Shown: in pieces, positions 9,336 to 16,448 of the stretch
Numbering within the stretch: the first letter of the stretch is position 1
Layout: each line of letters begins with the position of its first letter
IMG/VR virus record: IMGVR_UViG_2877953467_000002
Strand: one strand, 5' to 3'
From: a virus
Lineage: Duplodnaviria; Heunggongvirae; Uroviricota; Caudoviricetes
Length of the DNA stretch: 40,890 nt
Notes under the pieces: model-generated
The model's database searches: none
The model's input: the letters and a program-made list of their open reading frames with translations, nothing else
What the model was told of the DNA's origin: nothing
Position numbers and translations under genes: made by a program

Positions 9336-9518
9336 ATGCGAAAGTTTAAAATAATTATTGAAACGGGAATAGCCGGTGGAGATTTCGAGGATGAATTCGA
9401 AGTGGATGATGATGCGACGCCTGATGAAATACATGACGAAGCAAAAGATATTTTCTTTAACTACTGCAATTACTCATATCACGAAATAAAAGACGAAGAG
9501 GAAGAACAAAATGGCTGA
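9336..9518 (+). CDS. Small highly acidic protein
   Basis: 60 aa, rich in D/E (FEDEFEVDDDATPDEIHDE...DEEEEQ); AGGAGG SD separated from the ATG by a 6-bp GNRA hairpin. Confidence 0.5.
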   Translation: MRKFKIIIETGIAGGDFEDEFEVDDDATPDEIHDEAKDIFFNYCNYSYHEIKDEEEEQNG

Positions 9519-9687
9519 TTTTGGTTCAACTAAATACAACGTCAGTTTTGAAGAATGGCATGAACTGTTAATGGACTATGCAGAGTTACGTGGTGGCAGT
9601 GCTGCTGATGCTGAAGCATGGCGTGATGATTATGAAGCAGGAAAAACTCCGGTCGAAGCATATTGTGATGAGTGGGGCGATGAATGA
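9511..9687 (+). CDS. Small acidic protein (below the ORF-track size cut-off)
   Basis: 58 aa by manual translation from ATG 9511 (MADFGSTKYNVSFEEWHELLMDYAELRGGSAADAEAWRDDYEAGKTPVEAYCDEWGDE); GAGGAAG RBS; overlaps the preceding acidic gene by 8 nt. Confidence 0.4.
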   Translation: MADFGSTKYNVSFEEWHELLMDYAELRGGSAADAEAWRDDYEAGKTPVEAYCDEWGDE

Positions 9688-10170
9688 GCGAGGTTAATTA
9701 TCAGGAAGGGCATGAAACGGCGGGGCAAGCAAAAACAGTGGCATGGCGATATCGCTACGTGAAAAAAAAGGCGTTACGGACTTTCAGGAGAAGTAGTGGT
9801 CTGGTGACTGGAAATATGTACCGAAAAAAGAGGATTGTAACGACAGGCCGAACTATGAAATTCAGGCCTTATTCACTGCCCCGCCAGTCCCGGTTACATC
9901 AGAAGAACTGGTTAAAGCTGTGCACTTTTATGAACAACTAAAACGCGAAAATCCACCAGCATCCGGAAACCTGATTACAGATTCCCAGATAAGGCAATGA
10001 GCTACCTGGCGCAGAACGGGCTGATAAGTATGGGGAATGTTTTACGATGAATATTTAGACTAAAGAGTTTGTAACGCTATGTAAGTGATTTTTTCTGGTT
10101 TAGATATTTATATGTTCGGCCAAATTGAGGTGTGTTTAAATGTAATTGCACATTGATTGTAGGAGGAATA

Positions 10171-10350
10171 ATGAAAAACGCATTGCAGTTTTTGTTTGTT
10201 GCGTTCTGGTTGTTCGTATCATGTATGCCCATCATCTTCACAGCAAGGTATATGGAAAAAGTTGATGTTTTGATATTAATATTTGGATATATAAATGCCC
10301 TTTTTTTAGGGGTGTTCATGGCGGTCATGTGCATTGAATACTGGCGGTAA
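10171..10350 (+). CDS. Small two-helix membrane protein
   Basis: 59 aa from ATG 10171 with perfect AGGAGG SD; two hydrophobic segments; preceded by an AT-rich segment (about 10000-10170). Confidence 0.5.
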   Translation: MKNALQFLFVAFWLFVSCMPIIFTARYMEKVDVLILIFGYINALFLGVFMAVMCIEYWR

Positions 10351-10405
10351 ATACAGCGAACGCCATTGGTTTAGTTGGATATTTACTGTGCCGGACAAAA
10401 ACGGT

Positions 10406-10433
10406 TTGCGGGGAAATCTTAGTTAAGTAGAAT
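10406..10433 (+). promoter_or_regulatory. Candidate hok mRNA promoter (TTGCGG -35, 16-nt spacer, TAGAAT -10)
   Basis: Predicted start near 10440 coincides with a 5' element GGGTGCTTGAGG that is complementary to 10815-10827 at the 3' end of the locus. Confidence 0.45.
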
Positions 10434-10552
10434 GACTGCGGGTGCTTGAGGCTATCTGTCTCAGGCATGAACACCAAAAGGCAGATAGAGAAAAGCCCCA
10501 GTTAACATTACGCGTCCTGCAAGACGCTTAACATTAATCTGAGGCTCAATCT

Positions 10553-10765
10553 ATGAACGGCAAATCTAGGTTAGCCTCTTACGTGCCGAAAGGCAAGGAG
10601 AAGCAGGCTATGAAGCAGCAAAAGGCGATGTTAATCGCCCTGATCGTCATCTGTTTAACCGTCATTGTGACGGCACTGGTAACGAGGAAAGACCTCTGCG
10701 AGGTACGAATCCGAACCGGCCAGACGGAGGTCGCTGTCTTCACAGCTTACGAACCTGAGGAGTAA
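10553..10765 (+). CDS. mok: Mok-like overlapping reading frame (modulator of killing)
   Basis: 70-aa ORF that begins upstream of and runs through the hok frame, as in hok/sok loci. Confidence 0.5.
   Translation: MNGKSRLASYVPKGKEKQAMKQQKAMLIALIVICLTVIVTALVTRKDLCEVRIRTGQTEVAVFTAYEPEE
10610..10765 (+). CDS. hok: Hok/Gef-family type I toxin
   Basis: 51 aa MKQQKAMLIALIVICLTVIVTALVTRKDLCEVRIRTGQTEVAVFTAYEPEE: single TM helix followed by the conserved RK(D/S)LCE(V/I)R...EVAAF-like core of Hok proteins. Confidence 0.8.
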   Translation: MKQQKAMLIALIVICLTVIVTALVTRKDLCEVRIRTGQTEVAVFTAYEPEE

Positions 10766-10834
10766 GAGACCTGGCGGGGGAGAAATCCCTCGCCACCTCT
10801 GATGTGTCAGGCATCCTCAACGCACCCGCACGTA

Positions 10835-10860
10835 ACCCGCTTCGGCGGGTTTTGTTTTTT
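10835..10860 (+). terminator. Intrinsic terminator at the 3' end of the hok transcript
   Basis: ACCCGC-TTCG-GCGGGT hairpin followed by TTTTGTTTTTT. Confidence 0.7.
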
Positions 10861-10932
10861 CCTGGCATTCTGGTTTACAATTCGCACGCCAGCCTGAACA
10901 ACTGGCACCTGCTGCGCCAGCAGAGACAACCG

Positions 10933-11211
10933 ATGGCGCACGATACCAAATTACACAATTCTAATGATTCTGCCGTCTTTGCCAGTAGGTGCGGACGGCG
11001 TTTTCACGCATTCAAATCAGACTGGTTCCAGCATCCTCCATGCACTGAAGAGCAGGCGGAATGGATAATTCAGTGTTACCGCAGGCGCGGATACGAGGTT
11101 AAGAAAGCTCTTAGCCTCGACTACCGTCACTGGATAATCTCAGTCAGACTCCCTTACTCCGAACGCCCACCGCGTTCATCCCGCACATACCAGCAACGGA
11201 TCTGGAGGTAA
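10933..11211 (+). CDS. Hypothetical protein (position of rem in Qin-like prophages)
   Basis: 92 aa from the first ATG after the hok terminator; the ORF-track 5' extension (10804-10932) spans that terminator and is unlikely to be translated. Confidence 0.45.
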   Translation: MAHDTKLHNSNDSAVFASRCGRRFHAFKSDWFQHPPCTEEQAEWIIQCYRRRGYEVKKALSLDYRHWIISVRLPYSERPPRSSRTYQQRIWR

Positions 11212-11212
11212 C

Positions 11213-12271
11213 GTGCGGATATTACTTCGACCTGTTCTGGTACCGGAACTCGGGCTGGTGGTCCTTAGGCCGGGCCGTGAATCCATGCAAGTATTTCATA
11301 ACCCTCGAGTGCTGGTGGAGCCTGAACCGAAAAGCATGCGCGGTCTGCCGTCCGGAGTCGTCCCTGCCGTTCGCCAGCCGCTGGCGGAGGATAAATCATT
11401 ACTGCCATTTTTCAGCGATGATCGGGTGATTCGTGCTGCTGGCGGCGCTGGGGCACTGTCTGACTGGCTGTTGCGTCATGTCAAATCCTGCCAGTGGCCT
11501 CATGGTGACTATCATCACAGTGAAACCGTCATTCACCGTTACGGTACCGGCGCGATGGTGTTGTGCTGGCACTGTGACAACCAGTTGCGGGACCAGACAT
11601 CAGAATCACTCGGGCAACTTGCTCATCAAAACTTGTCAGCATGGATGATTGACGTCATCCGTCACGCAATCAGCGGTACGCAGGAGAGGGAGTTATCGCT
11701 GGCCGAATTATCCTGGTGGGCGGTCTGCAATCAGGTGGCTGATGCGCTTCCGGAGTCTGTATTGTGTCGTTCACTGGGATTACCGGTGGAAAAAATCCGC
11801 TCCGTATACCGTGAGAGTGACATCGTACCGGGAGAACAGACTGCCACCAGCATACTGAAGCAGCGCACAAAAAATATTGCGCTGCCACTTCACGTCCACC
11901 AGCAACAGCCCCCACTCCAGGAAAAGACGTTAGTAAGCATCGCCGTTGATCCGGAGTCTCCGGTTCAGTATCTCCAGCGCCAGAAACCACAACGGGAAGA
12001 GATGCCTGTATACACGCGCTGGGTAAAAACGCAGAAATGCATGACGTGCGGTAATCAGGCAGATGATCCGCATCACATCATTGGTCATGGCCTGGGAGGT
12101 ATGGGAACAAAGGCTGATGATTTGTTTGTTATTCCGCTGTGCCGTAAATGTCATAACGAACTGCACGCCGGGGTAAAAGATTTTGAAGAAAAACACGGCA
12201 GCCAGCTGTTGTTGCTGATTCGTTTTTTAATGCACGCGAGAAATTCGGGTGTCCTGAAGTGGAAAGCATGA
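11213..12271 (+). CDS. ydfU: DUF968-family protein (YdfU-like) with C-terminal HNH-like Cys/His motif
   Basis: 352 aa, GTG start after GGAGG; C-terminal CMTCG...HHIIGHG...CRKCHNELH motif; synteny with ydfU next to the Q-like gene. Confidence 0.7.
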   Translation: MRILLRPVLVPELGLVVLRPGRESMQVFHNPRVLVEPEPKSMRGLPSGVVPAVRQPLAEDKSLLPFFSDDRVIRAAGGAGALSDWLLRHVKSCQWPHGDYHHSETVIHRYGTGAMVLCWHCDNQLRDQTSESLGQLAHQNLSAWMIDVIRHAISGTQERELSLAELSWWAVCNQVADALPESVLCRSLGLPVEKIRSVYRESDIVPGEQTATSILKQRTKNIALPLHVHQQQPPLQEKTLVSIAVDPESPVQYLQRQKPQREEMPVYTRWVKTQKCMTCGNQADDPHHIIGHGLGGMGTKADDLFVIPLCRKCHNELHAGVKDFEEKHGSQLLLLIRFLMHARNSGVLKWKA

Positions 12272-12652
12272 ATGACTGAACGCATAGAATTTGTTTTGCC
12301 TTACCCGCCGACGGTGAATACCTACTGGCGACGTCATGGCAATACGTATTTCATCTCGGAGGCCGGAAAGCGTTATCGCCGTGATGTGGCGCTAATTGTT
12401 CGCCAGCAGCGGCTGAAATTAAACCTGTCCGGAAGGCTGGCGATAAAGGTGATTGCAGAGCCACCGGATAAGCGTCGTCGCGACCTGGACAATATCCTGA
12501 AAGCACCGCTGGATGCGCTGACGCATGCGGGAGTGTTAATGGACGATGAGCAGTTTGATGAAATCAATATCGTTCGTGGTCAGCCAGTATCTGGTGGACG
12601 TCTGGGGGTGAAGATTTACCCCATAATGCATGAAGAGCAGGTCAAAAAATGA
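12272..12652 (+). CDS. rusA: Holliday-junction resolvase RusA
   Basis: 126 aa with RusA signature (LPYPPTVNTYWRR..., DKRRRDLDNILKAPLDAL, catalytic Asp residues). Confidence 0.9.
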   Translation: MTERIEFVLPYPPTVNTYWRRHGNTYFISEAGKRYRRDVALIVRQQRLKLNLSGRLAIKVIAEPPDKRRRDLDNILKAPLDALTHAGVLMDDEQFDEINIVRGQPVSGGRLGVKIYPIMHEEQVKK

Positions 12653-13470
12653 AACTGGAAGATTTACCGAAATACTACTCCCCAAAATCCCCTGGCCTGA
12701 CCGATGCATCGGCCTCAACGTCAAAAGATGCGCTGAGTATCACTGATGTGATGGCCGCGCAGGGCATGACACAGAATCGGGCTGAGATGGGGTTTTCTGC
12801 GTTCCTGGGGAAAATGGGCATCAGTATGAATGACAGGGCGCGGGCAACAGAATTACTGGCAGATTATGCACTCAGTCGGTGCGATCGTGTTGCGGCGTTG
12901 AGAAAACTTCCGGCAGAAATAAAACCGTTAGTGATGCGCATTATGGCTTCGTACGCTTTTGAGGATTATGCCCGCAGCGCAGCGAGTAAAAAGCAGTGCC
13001 CTTGTTGCTATGGGGAAAAATTTATTGAAAGCGTAGTTTTTACAAACAAGGTCCAGTATCCGGATGGTAAGCCGCCGGTATGGGCAAAGTGTACGAAAGG
13101 TGTGTATTCGTCTTACTGGGAAGAATGGAAAAAAGTCAGGGAGGTGGTAAAAGTTGCCTGTCCGGAGTGTGGCGGAAAGGGTGAGGTTTCCACCGCCTGT
13201 AAGGATTGCCGTGGGCGTGGTGTCGCCATTCATCGTGAAGAGTCGGTAAAACGTGGTATGCCTGTTATCAGAGACTGCCAGCGTTGTGGTGGTCGTGGCT
13301 ATGAAAGACTACCATCAACGGAGACATTTAATGCTATATGCGAGGTGACAAACCAGATAACACGCGCGTCATGGGAAAAAACAGTTAAGAAATTCTATGA
13401 TGCGCTGGTGACCCGGTTTGATATTGAAGAAGCATGGGCTGAGCGGCAGTTAAAAAAGGTAACTAGGTAA
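12649..13470 (+). CDS. quuQ: Late-gene antiterminator Q (QuuQ-like family)
   Basis: 273 aa with several CxxC motifs; directly upstream of a promoter/terminator pair, tRNA and the lysis genes, the canonical Q position; family assignment from memory. Confidence 0.6.
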   Translation: MKLEDLPKYYSPKSPGLTDASASTSKDALSITDVMAAQGMTQNRAEMGFSAFLGKMGISMNDRARATELLADYALSRCDRVAALRKLPAEIKPLVMRIMASYAFEDYARSAASKKQCPCCYGEKFIESVVFTNKVQYPDGKPPVWAKCTKGVYSSYWEEWKKVREVVKVACPECGGKGEVSTACKDCRGRGVAIHREESVKRGMPVIRDCQRCGGRGYERLPSTETFNAICEVTNQITRASWEKTVKKFYDALVTRFDIEEAWAERQLKKVTR

Positions 13471-13475
13471 CAAGG

Positions 13476-13503
13476 TTGATTTTTCCGGAATCTGTGGTAA
13501 ATT
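13476..13503 (+). promoter_or_regulatory. Candidate late promoter PR' (TTGATT -35, TAAATT -10)
   Basis: Lies 6 bp after the Q stop and about 50 bp before a strong intrinsic terminator, matching lambda PR'/qut/tR' geometry. Confidence 0.4.
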
Positions 13504-13552
13504 CGTCATAATAATGGGCTTTTTATGCCTGACGTTAGAAGAGTTTCTACAA

Positions 13553-13575
13553 CCCGCCGCCGAGCGGGTTTTTTA
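13553..13575 (+). terminator. tR'-like intrinsic terminator; would end a short (about 65-nt) PR' transcript
   Basis: CCCGC-CGCCGA-GCGGG hairpin followed by TTTTTT. Confidence 0.65.
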
Positions 13576-13613
13576 TTGCGGAATTAATTACGGACCGTTA
13601 TTATTCTACTCCC

Positions 13614-13689
13614 GGCCCTTTAGCTCAGTGGTGAGAGCGAGCGACTCATAATCGCCAGGTCGCTGGTTCAAATCCAGCAAGGGCCACCA
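13614..13689 (+). tRNA. ileZ: tRNA with CAU anticodon, closest to tRNA-Ile2 (ileX/ileZ-like)
   Basis: 76-nt cloverleaf folded by hand: acceptor GGCCCTT/AAGGGCC, D-arm GCTC...GAGC, anticodon loop CTCATAA, T-arm GCTGG TTCAAAT CCAGC, encoded CCA; near-identical to E. coli ileX as recalled. Confidence 0.8.
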
Positions 13690-13789
13690 TCACAAACCGC
13701 CATTAGCTTATCAGGAAGAGCAGACGACACGATAACAGGGTTGTTGGTGCGGGGGCGGGTCCCCGATGGCGGTCCATTATCGGTATTCA

Positions 13790-13866
13790 GCGTTGTTAGC
13801 TCAGCCGGGCAGAGCAATTGCCTTCTAAGCAGCTGTGGTTGCACTCCTGTTGTTTCTGGTGGTGAT
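13790..13866 (+). tRNA. tRNA-Arg(UCU)-like sequence, probably degenerate
   Basis: 5' half resembles argU-type tRNA (GCGTTGTTAGCTCAGCCGGGCAGAGCAATTGCCTTCTAAGC) but no canonical T-arm or acceptor 3' strand could be folded. Confidence 0.3.
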
Positions 13867-14031
13867 GGTGGACTTCAGCAGCCGGATAATGTCGGTGCTG
13901 TCTGATGGTGTTTTGGTGGCGGGTGTGTGGTTGTTGCTTTCCCGTTGCTGAAAAAGAAAGCATCAGGCGATTAGCAGGGTATCAGTTACCCGTTGAAATT
14001 TTTAAATACCTCACAATTCCACAGCTTGATG

Positions 14032-14228
14032 ATTGTCTGGCTGCCGGAGAATTTGTTAAAAATTACATCGCATGGTGAATCCCCCTCAGCGGCGGGGCAT
14101 CTGGCAAAGTGTATGATCCAGAGAACATGCAAATTCAGTAGACAGGCTGAATTTACCGGGAGGCCCCTGGCACCATGCGACAGACAGAAATTAGGCTATA
14201 CTTCAGCCCCTCTCCGGAGGGGCTTTTC
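14032..14228 (+). repeat. Noncoding repeat unit, copy 1, ending in an intrinsic terminator (14205-14228)
   Basis: About 200 bp; shares ATTGTCTGGC, GTTTGTTAAAAA, GCATGGTGAATCCCCCT, an ACCGGGAGGC-CC-GGCACCATGC hairpin motif and the terminator AGCCCCTC-TCCG-GAGGGGCT with copy 2. Confidence 0.5.
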
Positions 14229-14418
14229 TGTGCAGGATGTGTCACAGTTTCCTGAATTCTGAGTACTGTCCTGTTACTCAGGGTGCTATATTTTCTGACG
14301 TGATGAAAGTCTGCCGGAAGGCGGAACGTATCGGAAATGACCCAGTAGAGAAAACGTTGACTCAGATACCGATGCTGAGTTACCGGGAAACCGGCATCAC
14401 ATGACCGCTATCCTTCCA

Positions 14419-14441
14419 GGCTCGCTCCGGCGGGCCTTTTT
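14419..14441 (+). terminator. Intrinsic terminator ending a short unit between the two repeat copies
   Basis: GGCTCGC-TCCG-GCGGGCC hairpin plus TTTTT; the upstream segment begins TTTCTGACGTGATG, loosely like the DicF 5' end. Confidence 0.5.
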
Positions 14442-14500
14442 ACTGCAGAAAACAGTTTTCCCGTAAAATGCCACGTTGCTCATAATTCAGGCTGGCGATT

Positions 14501-14693
14501 ATTGTCTGGCCGGCGGGAAGTTTGTTAAAAAATTTCGCATGGTGAATCCCCCTGTGCGGAGGGGTAATCAGCGAGTAGGTATATGGGATAATCGCGGATT
14601 CAGGTGCTGGTACTGAATTCACCGGGAGGCACCCGGCACCATGCAATGGCACATAGCGCCACTCTCCAGCCCCTCTCCGGAGGGGCTGTTTAT
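14501..14693 (+). repeat. Noncoding repeat unit, copy 2, ending in an intrinsic terminator (14668-14693)
   Basis: See copy 1; conserved blocks flank a divergent central segment. Confidence 0.5.
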
Positions 14694-14722
14694 ATTGATT
14701 TTGTCAGATGTGAGTAAACTCC

Positions 14723-15058
14723 TTATGGACTTTGTTGTTTTAGTCCATAAGGACATATTTGCAGAATGCAACGGTTATTAAAGCATTCATTCAATACGTT
14801 ATCTGTATTTGTAGGGCATTCCTGGCTGTTTTTGATTAAATTCCAGAATGTTTTATTGAATGGTACTACGTTGTAAATGGTTACAGGTAGCACTTTGTTA
14901 TTGAGCATGATACCTGTGTGAGTCAGTGTAAATATACTTTCAGGAGGTAAGAAAGCATCCGATTGATACCAGATTATTAATTTTACTTTACTCCATATGA
15001 CTGAAAAAGATATTCCGCATGATGGCTGGATAACTGTATCAATTACAATCCACTTCAT
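14723..15058 (-). CDS. Hypothetical protein in an AT-rich segment (moron candidate)
   Basis: 111-aa ORF with AAGGAAG RBS 6 nt upstream; AT-rich flanks; perfect 12-bp-stem hairpin (14720-14753) at its 3' end; no recognisable domain. Confidence 0.45.
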   Translation of the reverse strand: MKWIVIDTVIQPSCGISFSVIWSKVKLIIWYQSDAFLPPESIFTLTHTGIMLNNKVLPVTIYNVVPFNKTFWNLIKNSQECPTNTDNVLNECFNNRCILQICPYGLKQQSP

Positions 15059-15318
15059 TTAGCTTCCTTGTTTATGCCTTGCTGGTGATGTTCTGAAAAG
15101 TATAAATGATATTTTTGAATATAAACCATAGAGCAGAATTATTTTTCTGATGTTGTTTATTGTTTATTTAAATGCAGGGTGGTTTATATCTCGTCTTGTA
15201 GTTTATCCATGCATATCTGCTTGATGATCAGGTTTCTATTTAAGGTATGGTTTTGTGTTTTTTCTGTGTTACATGTCTGGTATTTTAAAGAATTATTTTT
15301 CAGATGGTGGAAAGAACC

Positions 15319-15507
15319 ATGGCATTTAAACACTATGATGTTGTCAGGGCGGCGCCGCCGTCAGATCTTGCGGAAAAGCTGACACATAAACTGAAAGAGG
15401 GCTGGCAGCCGTTTGGTAGTCCGGTGGCCATAACCCCTTATACCCTGATGCAGGCGATTGCAGCAGAAGGTGATGTGGTGGTCAGTGGTGCAACTGAGCC
15501 GGAGTGA
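15319..15507 (+). CDS. Small conserved phage protein upstream of the holin (possibly DUF1737-like)
   Basis: 62 aa from ATG 15319; position typical of a small conserved gene preceding S in lambdoid phages; family label from memory. Confidence 0.4.
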   Translation: MAFKHYDVVRAAPPSDLAEKLTHKLKEGWQPFGSPVAITPYTLMQAIAAEGDVVVSGATEPE

Positions 15508-15751
15508 TACTACGTCATCGTACTGGCCCGGCATTCCAGACCATAAAAGACGGTCTGGCAGTGGGACTAAATGCACTGACGCTGACGGATATTACCAAAA
15601 ATGCAACGTATGGCGTTGAGATAGAAAGTCTGGTGCTGGAGATAAATACACCGGCATCATCATAAAAAGTGAGCCAGTCAAATGGAAGGTATCGTTAAAC
15701 TCACCGGTAGTGTCAGTGGATCGTCTGAGACGCTTGCATGAGTTATCAGAG

Positions 15752-15780
15752 CCATCAGTAGTTAACTGGTGGCTTTTTTA
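15752..15780 (+). terminator. Intrinsic terminator-like hairpin just upstream of the holin
   Basis: CCATCAG-TAGTTAA-CTGGTGG hairpin followed by CTTTTTTA. Confidence 0.45.
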
Positions 15781-15814
15781 TTGTTGTCAGCTTCCGGATA
15801 ACGGGAGACGGGGT

Positions 15815-16030
15815 ATGGACCAGATGGAAAAAATCACAACAGGTGTGTCATACACCACGTCAGCGGTGGGAACGGGCTACTGGTTCCTGCAGTTGCTGGA
15901 CAGGGTTTCCCCGTCTCAGTGGGCGGCAATAGGCGTGCTGGGGAGTCTGCTGTTTGGGCTGCTGACATATCTGACTAACCTGTATTTCAAAATCAGAGAG
16001 GACCGTCGTAAGGCGGCACGGGGAGAGTAA
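15815..16030 (+). CDS. S: Pinholin (phage 21 S-type holin, class II) with dual-start motif
   Basis: 71 aa [10 protein letters not shown]... with Met1/Met4 dual start; two TM segments; C-terminal [15 protein letters not shown] as in S21 (from memory). Confidence 0.85.
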   Translation: MDQMEKITTGVSYTTSAVGTGYWFLQLLDRVSPSQWAAIGVLGSLLFGLLTYLTNLYFKIREDRRKAARGE

Positions 16031-16034
16031 TTCA

Positions 16035-16385
16035 ATGACTCAAAACTATGAACTGATTGTGAAAGGGATCCGCAATTTTGAGAATAAAGTTACGGTAACT
16101 TTAGCGTTACGGGACAAAAAACGCTTTGACGGTGAAATTTTTGACCTGGACATCTCGCTGGACCGTGTTGAAGGTGCCGCGCTGGAGTTTTATGAGGCAG
16201 CAGCCAGAATGAGTATCAGACAGGTCTTCCTGGATGTTGCTGCCGGGTTATGTGAAGGGGATGAGCAGTCGCCGGAAAAGCGCCCCGTAATTTTAGAGGC
16301 GCAGAATGTATGGATAACCTACAAAGGAAAGCTACCGGGAAGAATTACTGGTTCTCTGAAGACTCCTCCGGAATCACAACCTTAA
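16035..16385 (+). CDS. ydfR: YdfR-like protein (DUF1327-type) between holin and endolysin
   Basis: 116-aa ORF with GGAGAG RBS; same position as ydfR between essQ and rrrQ in Qin; function unknown. Confidence 0.5.
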   Translation: MTQNYELIVKGIRNFENKVTVTLALRDKKRFDGEIFDLDISLDRVEGAALEFYEAAARMSIRQVFLDVAAGLCEGDEQSPEKRPVILEAQNVWITYKGKLPGRITGSLKTPPESQP

Positions 16386-16448
16386 GTCACTGACCGGAAC
16401 AGATAAACCTGTCCGTGGGCAGAAACCGATAAATCCTGATAAATATCC

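Noticed and set aside
10804-10932. N-terminal extension of the ORF downstream of hok
   Set aside because: The extension spans the hok intrinsic terminator (10835-10860); the first ATG after the terminator (10933) is the more plausible start.
13993-14262. 89-aa plus-strand ORF across noncoding repeat copy 1
   Set aside because: Runs through an intrinsic terminator hairpin and conserved RNA-like motifs; no RBS; the paralogous copy does not keep the frame.
14032-14693. Possible CRISPR array
   Set aside because: Only two long (about 200-bp) imperfect copies with a non-repetitive spacer; no short regularly spaced repeats and no cas genes in the window.
13476-15800. Shiga toxin or other toxin cargo downstream of Q
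   Set aside because: No ORF of suitable size or signal-peptide pattern; the interval is filled by tRNAs, noncoding repeats and one unknown 111-aa gene.
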